Assembly (NCBI RefSeq): GCF_009914755.1
Contig: NC_060936.1
Length of the DNA: 64,000 bases
Origin: the human T2T-CHM13v2.0 reference genome, Homo sapiens
Reading direction: 5' to 3' (one strand)
A model generated the notes under the pieces. It was not told where the DNA came from and made no database searches. It saw nothing but the letters and a program-made list of their open reading frames with translations. The position numbers and the translations under genes are program-made. Position 1 is the stretch's first letter; every line of letters starts with the position of its first letter. Below, piece after piece: positions 26,896 through 41,289 of the stretch.

Positions 26896-27624
26896 TGAAA
26901 GGAAAATAAGTCTCAGTACCCCTAAATTGCTAAGTCAAAGGAAAAAGTCAAGCCGGGAACTGCATCGGGCAAACCTGCCTCCCATTTTTTTTCTAAATAA
27001 GACAGCTACAAAGATAAAAAAAAAAAAAAAAAAGCTACATATCTACCTTATAATGTTCCAAAAAGGAAATTCCTGTGGGCCTCAAGATTTTTCCCCTAAA
27101 ACAGTTCTGTTCAATTTCACCCTGGCAATGTAAATTGATAGCTTATCTTTACAGGTGCGGGACAAAGGACAGAACTTAAAGTCATTCCTCTGCTCACCTG
27201 AGACAAATGCAGACCTGATGCTTCCTCTGCCCTATTGTTTACATAAAATTACAGATTCACTGAACCAAACTAAGGCATAAGTGACTATTCTACACTCACT
27301 CTCACACGTAAATTTGGTATTCAGTGAAAGGCTTATCGAAGACCCAAAAGAATACAACCTTTTGTCTCTTATCCACCTATGACATGGAAGCCCCACCTCC
27401 ACTTTGAGTTTTCTGGTCTTTCTGGTCTGAACCAATGTACATCTTATGCACGTTGATTGATGTCTCATGTCTCCATAAAATGTATAAAACCCAGCTGTAC
27501 CCTGACCATCTTGGGCACATGTCATCAGGACCTCCTGGGGCTGTGTCGTGAGCGTGTCCTTAACCTTGGCAAAATGAACTTTCTAAATTGATTGAAACTT
27601 GTCTCAGATACCTTTGGGTTCACA
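26896..27624 (+). mobile_element. MER4-group ERV1 solo LTR
   Basis: TGAAAGGAAAATAAG...aagtcaagccgggaactg...tgtataaaac...cttgggcacatgtcatcaggacctcctgggg...TTTGGGTTCACA (TG...CA termini). Confidence 0.88.
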
Positions 27625-30308
27625 AAGCCAAGTATGTTTACACATATACAATAGTGTTTTGTATATGTGTTTTACACATATACAATAAGCACATATGCTA
27701 TTGTATATGTGTAAACGTACATACTTTATATATACATACTATATATAAATATTTTCCATTGAATCAAGTAATGTGGTTGGATGAATAAAAATGTAAATGC
27801 AACCTTGTGTCTCTGAATTTTGCTACTCTAAAGAGAATTGTCCAAGCATCTTGAATTTATGATACTCTTAATTTTGTTTTAGACTTTCTTCCCCACTTCT
27901 TTTGGATCAGACATAACAGGCCTTGTTTCTTGTATCCTCTGTTTTTCTTTTTTAATTTCTTTATACATTTCCTGAATTAACTCCTCAAGTAATTTTTATT
28001 TAGTTTTGTAGGAGGTTAAGTTCATGAATGTCCTTCAAAATGGAATGACTTCATAGACAATTGCTAGTTTCAGAAAATGTTCTTTATGCAAAACTTTCAA
28101 AGGTATGTTTAACTTAGTTATCCCTATGTATTTTACCATAATAACAGGTCTTTAGGAAAAGTTTCAAGTAAAATTATGAGAATTAAAGAAAGCATGGTTA
28201 GCATTGTGAGGTGATGTTTAATTTTTCCAAGGTAAATGAGACCATTCTGAATGGAGTCAACCCTTGTGTTTGTTAGAAGACACGCCTTAATGTGGATAAA
28301 AGCAAAAAGAAAATGGTAGACATTACATAATTTAACCAGAAGAGTTACTATTTTCTAAAAATCTAAGCATTTTTTTTCAAAGGGCTACCCTTTCTTTCTG
28401 CTTTCTCAGTATTCAAGTTGAGAAAAACCATGCCTTATAAATCACGAACAAATTCTCCTAATTCCTGTCTCAGAATGACTTCAGCGTACAGACTCTCCTT
28501 CAACAATTTGATATAAATAATCACCCTTTTGCATTGAACATTTTGTGAAATAAATTGTTTATACTCTGCAAGCTGAGGAAAATAGGCCACTCAACTAAAA
28601 TGTTTAAAACTCTTCAAAACTATTACATTCATGGCATCTAATAAGAGATTATTATTTTCTTCATGGCAAGTTTCTTAATATTTTTTATAACCATTAGTGG
28701 CGGTGACAGAAGAGAATACTATTCTATGTAACTTTTTTATATTTGTGCAAAAAAAATGTGATCATGATGTATTATGTTTACATAAACTGACGTGACCAAC
28801 ATGAATGGTTTTTGTGTACTTACTATTAGTCTGAAGAGCTGTCCAGTGGAAAGCAATGTCTTCGCAACAGTATGAGTATACTGAAGCAGGGAATAAGGAG
28901 AAGACTTTGGATTTCTGCTTTGGTACTCCCTGATCTTTATGTTCATTTCCTTTCCCCTCCTTACCCATATTATACCCCTTGCCATCTTTTCTATCTTAAT
29001 ATGTTTCTAAAGTCTATCCATCAGTTTAACACTTAGCCCTATGCTGGGTCATGTCAGAGAACCCCAAAGAATAATAATAGAAATGCCCGAGTAGTTTCCA
29101 CTCAGACTCGGATGGCAACATTCCTGGGTAGAATTAGAGAACATTGACGCTGGACTGTACGGTGTGGATTGTCAATATAATAGAGGTTTGGAGAAAGAAG
29201 TGATCTTTGTGGGTTGTAATTATGTATTGTTTGAGATTCTTTGATTGCTAGCAACAGAAACTGATGGTCTAATGTACGAAAAAAAAGTTCATTGGAAGGA
29301 GATCGTGGCTGCCTGAACTGCTTGATTGTATTGTAAGAATGCTGGCCCTGGAATAATTATGCTCTACCTGTTTTTCCATCCTTGTGTCACTTTACTCACA
29401 TATCAAAATCCCAGGAGAGCACGTGATCGTTTTGATTTAACTCAAATAACAACTCTTTGGCTAGGGTAGATGAAGGTACCTTGATTTACAACCTACAAAA
29501 ATTAGGTATGTATTCTATTTCTGCCTATGATAGAATAGGCAATGATGGAATTGTATATAAGCTGGCAATTTGAAAGCACCAGCCTGTAAATTTCTTGTCT
29601 ATTCTTAATTACACCTTTGTTCTTGGTTTGGAATCACAACATGACAATCCAAAGAATCCAAACCTAAACAGACTTCCTACAAATATTTATAATTATAAAT
29701 TGAACAATACCTTTTTACTATTCCAGATGATGGTTCTGAAGGCAACAGGTTTGAGTTGAAATTCTGACTTAGGTGTTTAGTAACTGTTTAACCCTGGGGA
29801 AACTACTTCCCACACCTCCACAGTTATTTACCTCACAAGATTATTTTAGGGATTAAGACCAATTCATATAAGAGCCTATCACAGATATGCACAAATAAAT
29901 GGAGGCATTATTGAGTAAACAAATGCATCTGGATTAAGTATAACTGGTGAAGTAGATAAGAGCCCAATCTTCTGTTGAAAAAGCTTTGTCCTGTTCACAT
30001 TTGCTAACAATTATTAGTTTAACACATTTCCTTCAAATTCTTATTGAGTGAGAAAAAAGTATAAATTATTTTAAATAGAAAAAAACTAACACAGATATTA
30101 GAGTTTTTGAAAATGATTTACGAGAAGAAGATCTCATCTAACACTTGTGCTTTGAGACCTGTTCACCCACCTGGTTTTTTTTTTGTTTGTTTGTTTTCTA
30201 TGTAATTATAGGTGATTGATAGTTTGAGGTCAAGTTTATAAAAGTATAAAGTGTCACCTGCTGCTGCTAATAAGACCTTGTGTGACCTGTTCTATTACCA
30301 CATTATAA

Positions 30309-30649
<341 letters not shown>

Positions 30650-30669
30650 TACATTCTGAGCATCTTATT

Positions 30670-31740
30670 GGTTATCTGTACATTGTCACATTTGAACACT
30701 TACAATCCTGAAATCAAACAGTAGGCAAAGAACAGTTGTACTGGTAATGGTAATTATTCTTGATTTTTATCTTTAGGACCTAGGGTTATCGGTACAAAAT
30801 AATGACAGGGAGATGTATATCTAGGACCTATAGGATGTCTAGGAGCTGTTCACTGGTTGTGTCTTGGTGCCACAGGCCCAGTGATAATTGTGAATGGAAA
30901 ATTGTAGCAACCACAGTTTGCCAAACACAAAGAAATCAGGGGTATAAACCCCTTGGGGAAGAAAGTCTGGGTCATTCCAGAAAGCAAACAACATAGACCA
31001 ACCAAGGAGCAGGCCTAGGGTCAGAGAATTCTAAAATTGTTAGTGCAGGAAGGAGATAAATTATGTCAATTAAGGCTTTGGAATCTGGTGTTGCACTGGG
31101 GACTGCAGCTTGTTTCACTAACTTTCCTGCATTCAGTCTTTACAGAGATTCCAGCTGGCCACCATATTGAAGGGGATTCTGTAACTGACTGGATTTAACG
31201 CAAAGCAAAAAGAGACATGACTGGTAGGCACAAAGAATGGATTGTATTGAAACAATTCCTGTGTGCCACTTCTAATCCTCTTATTCTGGCCTTAGTTGTG
31301 GAGACTAATTCCCACGTAGGATTCAACCAGATTCACTGAGGTGCAACCTGGCAGCACATTGCCTTAGGCAGACGTTGGGTACCTCTTACTTTCTGGTAGG
31401 GGTATGCCTGCTCATTAGATATTCACAGGAACTCTTAGCATTTGTGCTTGTGTAGAGATGGTAATGCCCCGTGACATAGCTCTTGACTAATGGGGAAGGG
31501 ACTTGATTGACAAATGCTTTCCCTTTTCTTTCCCCAGTGGATGATTCTGAGAAGCATTTCACTAGGCTTTCAGATGTTCTTTCAAGATTGATCTCCCTGT
31601 CATACAAAAGTGGTAGCCAAATCAATATGCATTCCTCTGTTACTTTTCTCTTCTTCCCATTCTCCTTCTGATTCCTAGAACCACAGTCCCAAATAAATCA
31701 CTCTCAAATAAAAATTTCCCTCAGTTGGTGCTTTTGTAAA
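30670..31740. mobile_element. Degraded ERVL internal/LTR16-like remnant
   Basis: LTR-like 3' text (cccaaataaatcactc...ctcagttggtgc) preceded by ERVL-like sequence; highly diverged. Confidence 0.4.
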
Positions 31741-31762
31741 ATGAGAATATTATTTGCATTCA

Positions 31763-32116
<354 letters not shown>

Positions 32117-33787
32117 TCAAGATTTGCTGTATTTATTTATCTTTTACTTGCTTTTAAACTACGCAAATAAAATAAATGTATTTGAAATATTTAAAAGCAA
32201 ATATCTGACATTACCATTTTATCTATAAATATATCAATATATCTTTAATATATAAGGACTTTAAAAATATAACTACAATTCCATTATCATGTCCCCAAAA
32301 TTAACAATATTTTCTTATTATCTAATGCCTAATATGTATTTAGTTTTTTTCCCTGATTGTCTTTTTATAGCTAGTTTGTTGGGATCAGGAATGTAACAAG
32401 GTTGTACATTGTATTTGGTACATTTGTCTGTTATAGTTCTCCCAATCTATAGCAGTTCTTTCTTTCTCTCTCGTATTTATTTTTCATACCTTAGTGTTCT
32501 TTTCACCTTTACTTTTTAAATATATTATTTTAAAATTCATGGTTTGTATGCACATTTGTATATCTCAACTCATTACAGAATGAGCTATGATATTAACAAA
32601 ATCGTCTTTCTTTCTTTTGCCATTTATTTATTGATGAAATTGGGTTATTTGTCCTGTTGAATTTTCCACATTCTGAGTTTGGCTGATTGTTTCCTTAAGG
32701 TTCACTTCAATTATTAAATTGAAAATATATAAATATTAAATTGAAAATATATAAGCACCATTCTCTCAAAAGTTTGCCCTGCAAAATGTGTGTTGCTAAT
32801 TACTCAGAATGGTTTCTGTCTTTGCTTCCTTAATATTGACTTTCTGATTTCCAACAGGAGGGCTTTGCATTCTTGAATGTGCTGAGGCAAAGGAAAGCCC
32901 ATTTCCTGTTCACTTGTTGGAGAAAAGAGTGACATTTATTGGATGTATGCTAAAAATGGACTTCTGCATTGAGATTTATCTATCTGATGTCATACCTCAT
33001 TCCAATAACAATTTGAGGTGTTATAAAAATGTGCACACAAAAACATTTTAAATAATACATTAAGGTACTGGGCAAAAAGAACACTAAGGTAGGAAAAATA
33101 AATATAAAACTTCAGCTGTCACTCCAAACAGAATGATAGACTCCAAGAGGCTTCATATAAAACACTCTTGGTCATTCTAGGTGACTGTAACATTTCAGTG
33201 GAAGCATGGTCAGTTCTTTACCACATCCCATGGCTTGTAACAGTGCCTGGCCCATAGGAGGAGTAAATCACTAGTTGTTAACTACCATTTAACTGCAATC
33301 ACACCTCTCCATTTGTGACCGGATTGATTCCTAATAATTATGACTGAAGCTACATGAACTGTACAGACAATTTAAAACATAAATTCTATTATGTATGTAT
33401 TCTTTGTGTAAGTCCCTCTGGGAATTAAATATTAAGACATTGATTGTAGATAGCATATAGGAATAAGTTCAGCAGGTTTCAAAGGTTTAGGTTGAAGAGG
33501 AAGACAGGAGAAAAAGTGAAACACAATCTTTTCATCTAGAAATAACAATTATTACTTTCCTTCAACGAAATAAAAAATAATATTTATAAGAGCACTGCAA
33601 TAGCACAAGAATGAGGAGCAACTTCAAAATGAAGTGGTGACATGATATTTCACCTTAGTAACTGGGAAAAATATGATAAACAAAGAACACTGAATTCTTC
33701 AGATTATATTCATAGAAGTAATTTGGAGCTGAACATCAATCCATAGAAGTGATTAGAATACTTTGGATTAGAACTACATATTTTCTA

Positions 33788-34120
<333 letters not shown>

Positions 34121-34316
34121 CTAATTATTTCATTGAGTGATTCCTGTCTACTTTATAGAAAACAAAACAAATGACTGAGACCAGCCTGGGCAATATAATA
34201 AGACTCTGTCTCTGGGGGGAAAAAAAAAGAAAGGAAGAAAGAGAAAAAAGAAAAAAGATGAAGAAAACAAATAACTTAAAGTTCACTTAAAAGTATTATA
34301 AAGCACATGACAGACC

Positions 34317-34986
34317 TTTTTTATTATTTTTATTTTTTGTGGGTACAGAGAAGGTTTATGTATTTATGGGATACATGAGATGTTTTGATACAGGCGTGCA
34401 ATGTGAAATAAACACATCATGAAGAATGGAGTATCCATCCCCTCAAGCATTTATCCTTTTAGTTAAAAACAATCCAATTACAGTCTTTAAGTTTTTTAAA
34501 AGTGTAAAATTACGTTACTATTGACTATAGTCACCTTATTGTGCTACCAAATAGTAGGTCTTATTCATTATTTATATATTTTTTGTACTCATTAACTTTC
34601 CCTACCTTTCCCCCCCACTGCCCCACCCCCACTACCCTTCCCATATTCTGGTAACCACCCTTATGCCCATGAGTTCATTTGCTTTGATTTTTGGATCCCA
34701 CAAATAAGTGAGAACATGCAATGTTTGTCTTTCTGTGCCTGGCTTATTTTGCTTCACATAATGATCTCCAGTTCCATTCATGTTGCAAATGACTGGACCT
34801 CATTCTTTTTTTTGGCTGAGTAGTGCTCCATTGTGTATATGTACCATATTTTCTTTACCCATTGATCTGTTGATGGACACTTAGCTATTGTAAACAGTAC
34901 TGCAACAAACATAGGTGTGCAGATATCTCTTCAGTATACTGATTTTCTTTCTTTTGGGTATATACCCAGCAGTGGGATTACTGGAC
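34317..34986 (-). mobile_element. L1MA-like 3' end, 5'-truncated
   Basis: Antisense L1 3' UTR (cccacaaataagtgagaacatgc, gggtatatacccagcagtgggatt); TSD TGACAGACC (34308-34316 / 34987-34995). Confidence 0.9.
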
Positions 34987-35734
34987 TGACAGACCATTTT
35001 AAAAATTCAAAACAAAGTTGAAACATAATTGAGATATTTTTACAAAATTGAGCCAAAATAGAATTTTAATTTTTAGATACAGTAAAATGAATCTATAACT
35101 TGGTTTCTTTTAAAAATCATCAAATATTCAGGAATATTAACTAAAATTGACATATCAACAAATGTTTCAAAGGAGAGAATTAACTTGAAAGTGCTTTTAA
35201 ATGTAAATTGCTATATAAATAGAAAATATAAAAGATAGTTTTACTCAGTTCTTTGTACCAAGCATCATCAGGCACTGAGGGCAAGTCACAAATAAGCAAG
35301 GAAATAAACGAACCACAGCCTGTTGTTTCTTTTTAAAGGATGCTGACAGTCACTTCCTGTCTGAGAGCGTGTCATCTTTTGCTTCCCTATTTGAATCAGG
35401 ATATTCTCGTGACTAGACATGTTTATATTCATGCCCACACAAATGTCTACCAACTGAATGTGTAAGTCAAGATCAAAAAAATTTTCACTAGAGTATACAT
35501 ATATATGTAATACATTACATAAATGAGGAAAAATAAAACTATATGAAAATCTAATGAGATGGTTTCTGTAGTGCACTAAACCCTCTTGTCTAAGAATTAA
35601 CCAAAATGAAACATAAACATTTAGTAGACTGGATTTATAGAGGAGCATTTTGAATAGTGGGACAATAATTCTGGATTCTCATGTTATAGTATGGTTGGCT
35701 ATATATTTAAATCTAAACATTTTAGTTGATTAAA

Positions 35735-36650
35735 TTCATTCAGCTATTCATCCATTCAACAAACTTTTATTGCTTGCTACTGCAGCCAATACTGTGTTTA
35801 GTTCTAGTACCTCAGAGGAAAGTAAGACATCCCTTTCTCTCAAAAGTCAACAATCTAGTAGAGGAAATAAAAGTAAATCTAGGATTGTGAGGTACTCTGA
35901 TGGGAAGAGGTGTGTAGAGACAGCTTTAGGTGAACAAACAGGGGATGCCTAAATTGGCCTAGGGCTATGGCTGGAGAGGTGAGGTGGGGTAAGATCAAAG
36001 AACACTTTATGGGGGAAGTGATGTTTCAGCTTACTTTTAATGGAAGAAGAGACAATGTGAAGCGTGTTATAAGAAAAAGAAAACTGCTTTATCCATGGGA
36101 GAATTCAGTCAATTCTGTTTGAATGGAGAGAAGGATGATTATTGGGAACAATGGGAATGGAGGGTGTAGTGGAAAGTGGGAAGCAAGTAGTATGAGGGTA
36201 TTTAGGAATGTTTAAAGTTTCTGCTCCTTGTTTTCTTACTGATGGATTTTTAAGTAAAGGAGAAACATAATTAGATTCAAATACTAGAAAGATAACTCTA
36301 GTAGTGTAGAGAAGAGAATTGAGTGACAGGAAAACTCATTAGAGTCCATTGTGGTAAACTAGTTCTGGAGCTGAGGCACTGCATGGGGAGAGAGACTGGT
36401 CAGGGGTGGTGACCTTCACTGAGATCAAAAACACCCACCCATTGTGGGGAAGGTTGGGGAGGAAATAATGAGTTGGGTTTTGTAACTGTATTGAGATGTA
36501 TTGTCCAATTATATGGGTTTAGTAGGAAGTTGGATACATGGGAAACAGCAATGCTTAAGAAGAGGGCATAAAGAAGGAAGGATGTGGAAAGAGGGGAAAA
36601 CCTGGTGATATTTTGCCTTAAATGGTTAATTCTCTTAGTCAAGTTGGTGG
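35735..36650 (-). mobile_element. L2 fragments
   Basis: ttcattcagctattcatccattcaacaaac... followed by purine-rich antisense L2 body. Confidence 0.65.
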
Positions 36651-38229
36651 CTATGTTTTGACCTGTCTGGTATTGTCAGGTACACATAGCCTTGGAATTT
36701 GAATTCTTGTGAAGAGAGAAGGAACAGTAGCAGCTGGTACCCCAATAAGAAACACAGTGAATGGGTTATCGGTTATTAAAGCTTTTGCTTAAAATACTCA
36801 TAAAAACTTCTGTCTGATACTTGCAAAGAGCTATTAATAATCTTACCCATTAAAGACATACATTGTCATTTTTCCTTAATAAAAATGTATTCTCTGCCAC
36901 AGCTGCTATTACCTTATCAACATCTGCCCGTGATTGATAGGAAAGTTTGTTTTTAAAATGAAACTAGGATAAAAAGTCTGTCATTTAATATACTTATATG
37001 CAATCTGTATCATGATGGATCAATGAATTTATTTTTAATATGAAATCTGGATGAAAATCTTTGGGTTATTAAAAAATTCAAATGTAAATATATTTTAAAA
37101 GACAGTCCTATAAATAACAATGTCAGGAATTTAGCAATAGGATTATTAGTTTATATGAAGTCTTTTGATAATGTTTTTTATTAAAACTATGGTTTTACTT
37201 TAATAATTGAAGATACTTTGTAGATATGATATACTTGAATTTTCCATTGACTTACTTATATAAAAGTCATTTGTTATGATAGTTACACAATGATATAAAT
37301 GTACTTAATGCCATTGGACTCTATACTTAAAAATTTTTTAAATGGTAAATTTGTGTTATTTATATTTTACCTCACAAAAAAAAGTCATTTGCAACACGAT
37401 TTAATATGCTTAGTCTGGACAATTTCTCTACTGTGAAAGTAAAACATAAATAGTGAATTGCATGCTTTGATGTTGCAATGAGAGGGCAGTTGTGCATTAA
37501 ATAGCCTTTGGGTGCATCAGAGAAAGATCAGAGAAGAATAAATGTCCCAGCCCACCTCTATTACCCTCTGTTGGCATACCTTAAGAAAATAATTCTTTTA
37601 AATTATGTCAAAAAAACTGTAATTAATGAGGACACACTTTAAAAGAATGTAATTATTTTGTAAGTTAATCAAGGAGAATATGAAAGGAAGGACAGGATTT
37701 AACTCAGAGACTCACTTGATCCCTGTCCTTGGAAGCAGTCTCTCCTTGTTATCGTGGAGGGTAGCACGCTTGGCAAGAATATACATTTGACACACTTGAG
37801 ATTTAAAAACTATAAACTTGTACTATGGGATTATAGTAGAATTCTAATTAGTAATATTAGCCAGTCATTTTTTGGCCTTTGATAAAGTTTGAGAGAATTT
37901 TCATCATTGCCCAAAGAAACTCTGTAACTACAGTCCCATTAGCAGGCAGTCCCCAAAACTGACAGTTCTTCAAAATTATCTGGAGCGTATTTTAATATGC
38001 ATTGTCTCTCTTTTCACCCTAGATGGACCAAATCCGATTATTTGGGAATGGGGCCTCAGTTCTACATTTCAATAAAGTATTCTGAGTTAAATTAATGTGA
38101 TCTATCTGTGAACTTTCATTTATGAAACACTGTGTTAGTTCTGTTTCCATGAGGCAAATATATACCTTCAAATTCACCTTGGTGGGCCTAATACAAGGCA
38201 GTTTATTCATTTATTCAAAAACATTTTAT

Positions 38230-39090
38230 TGCATGCCTGTTTCACTTAAGTATATCATTGATGAAGTAGTTACAATTATTTGTGTTATTAAATCTCAACC
38301 CTTGAGAAAATGTTCTGCTAATATTCTGCGTGATAAAATGGAAAGTATGCATTAGGCACTTCTGCTGCTTACTCAACTATGATGGTTGTCTGGAAGAAAA
38401 GCATTTGTGCCAGTGAGTTGCAAATGAACTACACTTTTCTTCAGAAAACACCATTAAAAGAACGAACATTGACAAAGAAACCATGTCTATTCAGACTTGG
38501 ATAATTGGCAAATATTTTCTCAAAAATGAGCAAAGTGAGTTTGATAATTCAAGGAAAACAACTGACCGCATTTGTTGTCAATGATAAAATTTGAGTTTTC
38601 AAGGAAGAGTTACATGTTGAAAAATGTGTGTCTACCAGAATGAACTTGATGCGTCCCAGTAGTTCAAACATTTTGATGATATTGGTGACATTAATAAATG
38701 TTCATTTTTGAAATTATAAAATGAAATGTGTCAGCATTTAGAAAATCTGCATAACCCAGTGGAATAATGTTTTCTAAATGACCAACACATGATGTTACAA
38801 AATCATCCACACTTTGTGTAAGATAAAACCAATGAATTTTAGTGTAACAGAGAATGAAAAGTTTATTGATGTTATTTTGGATTTCATGCTGCAACTACCC
38901 TTTAAGAAATAGTCACTTGTCAAATTTTGGTGTACTATCAAAGAAAAATATATACATTTATCTGAAACAGATATAAAAATGTCCTCTGTTTTCCAACCCA
39001 ATATCTGCGAGATGTTGAGTATTTTCTGTACACATCAACCAAAATGACATGTTGCAGTTGATTGAATGCAGAAGTAAAAATATAATTAGT
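38230..39090 (+). mobile_element. Charlie1-like hAT DNA transposon remnant (decayed transposase)
   Basis: attcagacttggataattggcaaatattttctcaaaaatgagcaaagtgagtttgataattcaaggaaaacaactgac resembles the Charlie transposase C-terminal region; no intact ORF. Confidence 0.75.
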
Positions 39091-39669
39091 CTTCATACAT
39101 AGGTTATTTATATTAACATGTAATGATCTATTATTGTTATATGTCAAACAGTTAATAAATTAAAACATGGGCTTTTATATTAGAAATACCAGGATCAAAA
39201 TCGCTTGACATGACATTTGGCAATTTGTTTAATCTCTCTGAGACTCAGTGTTTTCATTTGCACATGAGGAAAATATGAGCAAATCCATTAGGCTTTTTGT
39301 GCATTACTAGATAACACATGTAATAAGCATAACACCATTACAATGTAGCACATTACACTGGTGACATTATTTAAGTATTTCTTTTTTCCAAGAGTCTCTA
39401 AGTTTTACTCCAGCATGATGTTGAACATCGGAAATAGTGCCTGCACTATGTTGTTTCAGATGTATCTTGATTGTGTTATAACATATTACAATATATTTCT
39501 TTAACCTTTATAAAGATTATATAGCCCATATGTGCTAAGGAGAAGTGAAAAGGACAAAGTAATGTCTAATATGTGCAACTGATTTAACACAAGATCAAAT
39601 CTCAAGATATGGGGGAATATAATTTAAAAACTTCACTGATTAAATAGTAAATCAATGATGGAGATGCAG

Positions 39670-40190
39670 GCGTTCATTTATTCATTCATTCACTTTTCAA
39701 GATGAATTTATTGAGTACATACTCTGAATCAGAACACTGCTAGGTCCTAGTAATCCAAAGGTGAGCAATACAATTTTTGTCTACACATAAGTTATGGTTG
39801 CTCAGTGGAAAATACAAATGCCAACAAACCAATGCAGTGTTATAAGTAGCATGCTACATAGGTCTAGAGTGAAGACAGAACCAAAGATAAGGTAGTTATT
39901 TTGTCTGTTGGTAATGAAGGGCAGTCTGACAAGATTCCCTAGGAAAGATGATATTGGGCTGATTCTGAAAACAGGATGTACTTGCCTAGTGGGTAATGGC
40001 AGTGGAGGTTGTCGGGGAGCTTTCCAGGGAGAGAGAAAAATATGAGCAAAGTCACAAAAGTGTGAAATAACATGGCATGTGTAAGGAGATGCTGGAAGTT
40101 CCACATGATTGGAAGAGGACTGAAAATAGGAATGTGGCAAGAAATAAGCTGTGGCCAGATCACAGAGAGCCCTTCCTATTCACAACTGAG
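39670..40190 (-). mobile_element. L2 3' portion (MIR fragment upstream at ~39170-39340)
   Basis: ttcatttattcattcattc...ttattgagtac...gaacactgctaggtcctag. Confidence 0.7.
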
Positions 40191-41289
40191 TGAGTCACTG
40201 AGGGATAAAATAAAGGTTTGTACCTACTTGCTTACATTCCTCCAAATTCATCTAGGATATATTTCCATGAATTTTAACGCAGATTTCAAAAGTGTCTTTT
40301 AGATGAAATCTAGAAAATTCTTTAAAAATCCTTCAAAATAATTGAATATCTACTTCAAAAGATGCTCAGGTAGGGTGGGGGAAATTTCCAAGGACTGGAT
40401 TTGATGTTTATCTTTGTGACTTCGGGTGCTTTTTATGGCAGTTTCATGATAAACATCTGCTTGAATCATCTTTGTTCTTATGAAATTTTGCTTATCCACC
40501 GGAGAAACACATACTGTTGGCCCAATTCCAAAACACAATTTCTTCCTAAGATTTTGAAAAAAGAACATAAGTTATTAAATGGCCAAGGTACTGAAAGCAC
40601 ATTAAAAATATCAGTGAAGGGCATGTCTAGGGTTGAGCATTTAGAAATACTTAGAAATTTCATACACAGTAGGACTAATGATTGCTGTAATGATGGGGCC
40701 CTTAAATAATTTTTGAACACTGTTTTTGATCATATTTTCCATTGAACAAGAGGCTAATCTTTATAGCAAACAAAATAAAACAACAATAACAGCAGCAGTA
40801 AAACAAACTATAGAAAAATAGATAATTCTGTATTATCCTTATACTTGAAAAGGTTTGCCAAAGCCTCAATGAAGTATATTTAAGTTGAGCTAAATATGCT
40901 TGGAAGGAAATCTCAATTACAGATGCCAAAAGTTAGAAAGAAGAAAAAGGAGTCATGAAAAAGGAAAAGACAAGTTGACATAAGGTGTCATTTTACATCT
41001 CTTTGAAACTATTCTTTTAGATCTGTTTTACTTTATCAGTGGCATACTGAGGTAAGAACTGGAAGCATCAAGTTTTCTTATTGTGGAGAAAAATCCCTTG
41101 AGAATACTGAATACCTAAGCAGAATGGTATCTGAAATAATAGGTTATAGATAGGCATACTGGGTCTCATATTCATCCACTCATCCATTTATTTATTCATT
41201 CATACATCTGGTTTAGGACATTTATGATGTATTTATTATGTGCCAGTTTCTGACTTGAGCAATTTGATATATCTTATGCTATTTTAAAT

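Noticed and set aside
32712-32754. 22-bp tandem duplication TATTAAATTGAAAATATATAA(A) x2 (also short TTGCTTATTAA repeats at ~23445-23490)
   Set aside because: Ordinary slippage duplications with no sign of function.
37474-37492. CTCF-like GCAATGAGAGGGCAGT
   Set aside because: The 5' half deviates from CCASYAG; too weak without data.
38230-39090. Domesticated hAT transposase gene
   Set aside because: No continuous plus-strand ORF; multiple stops and frameshifts.
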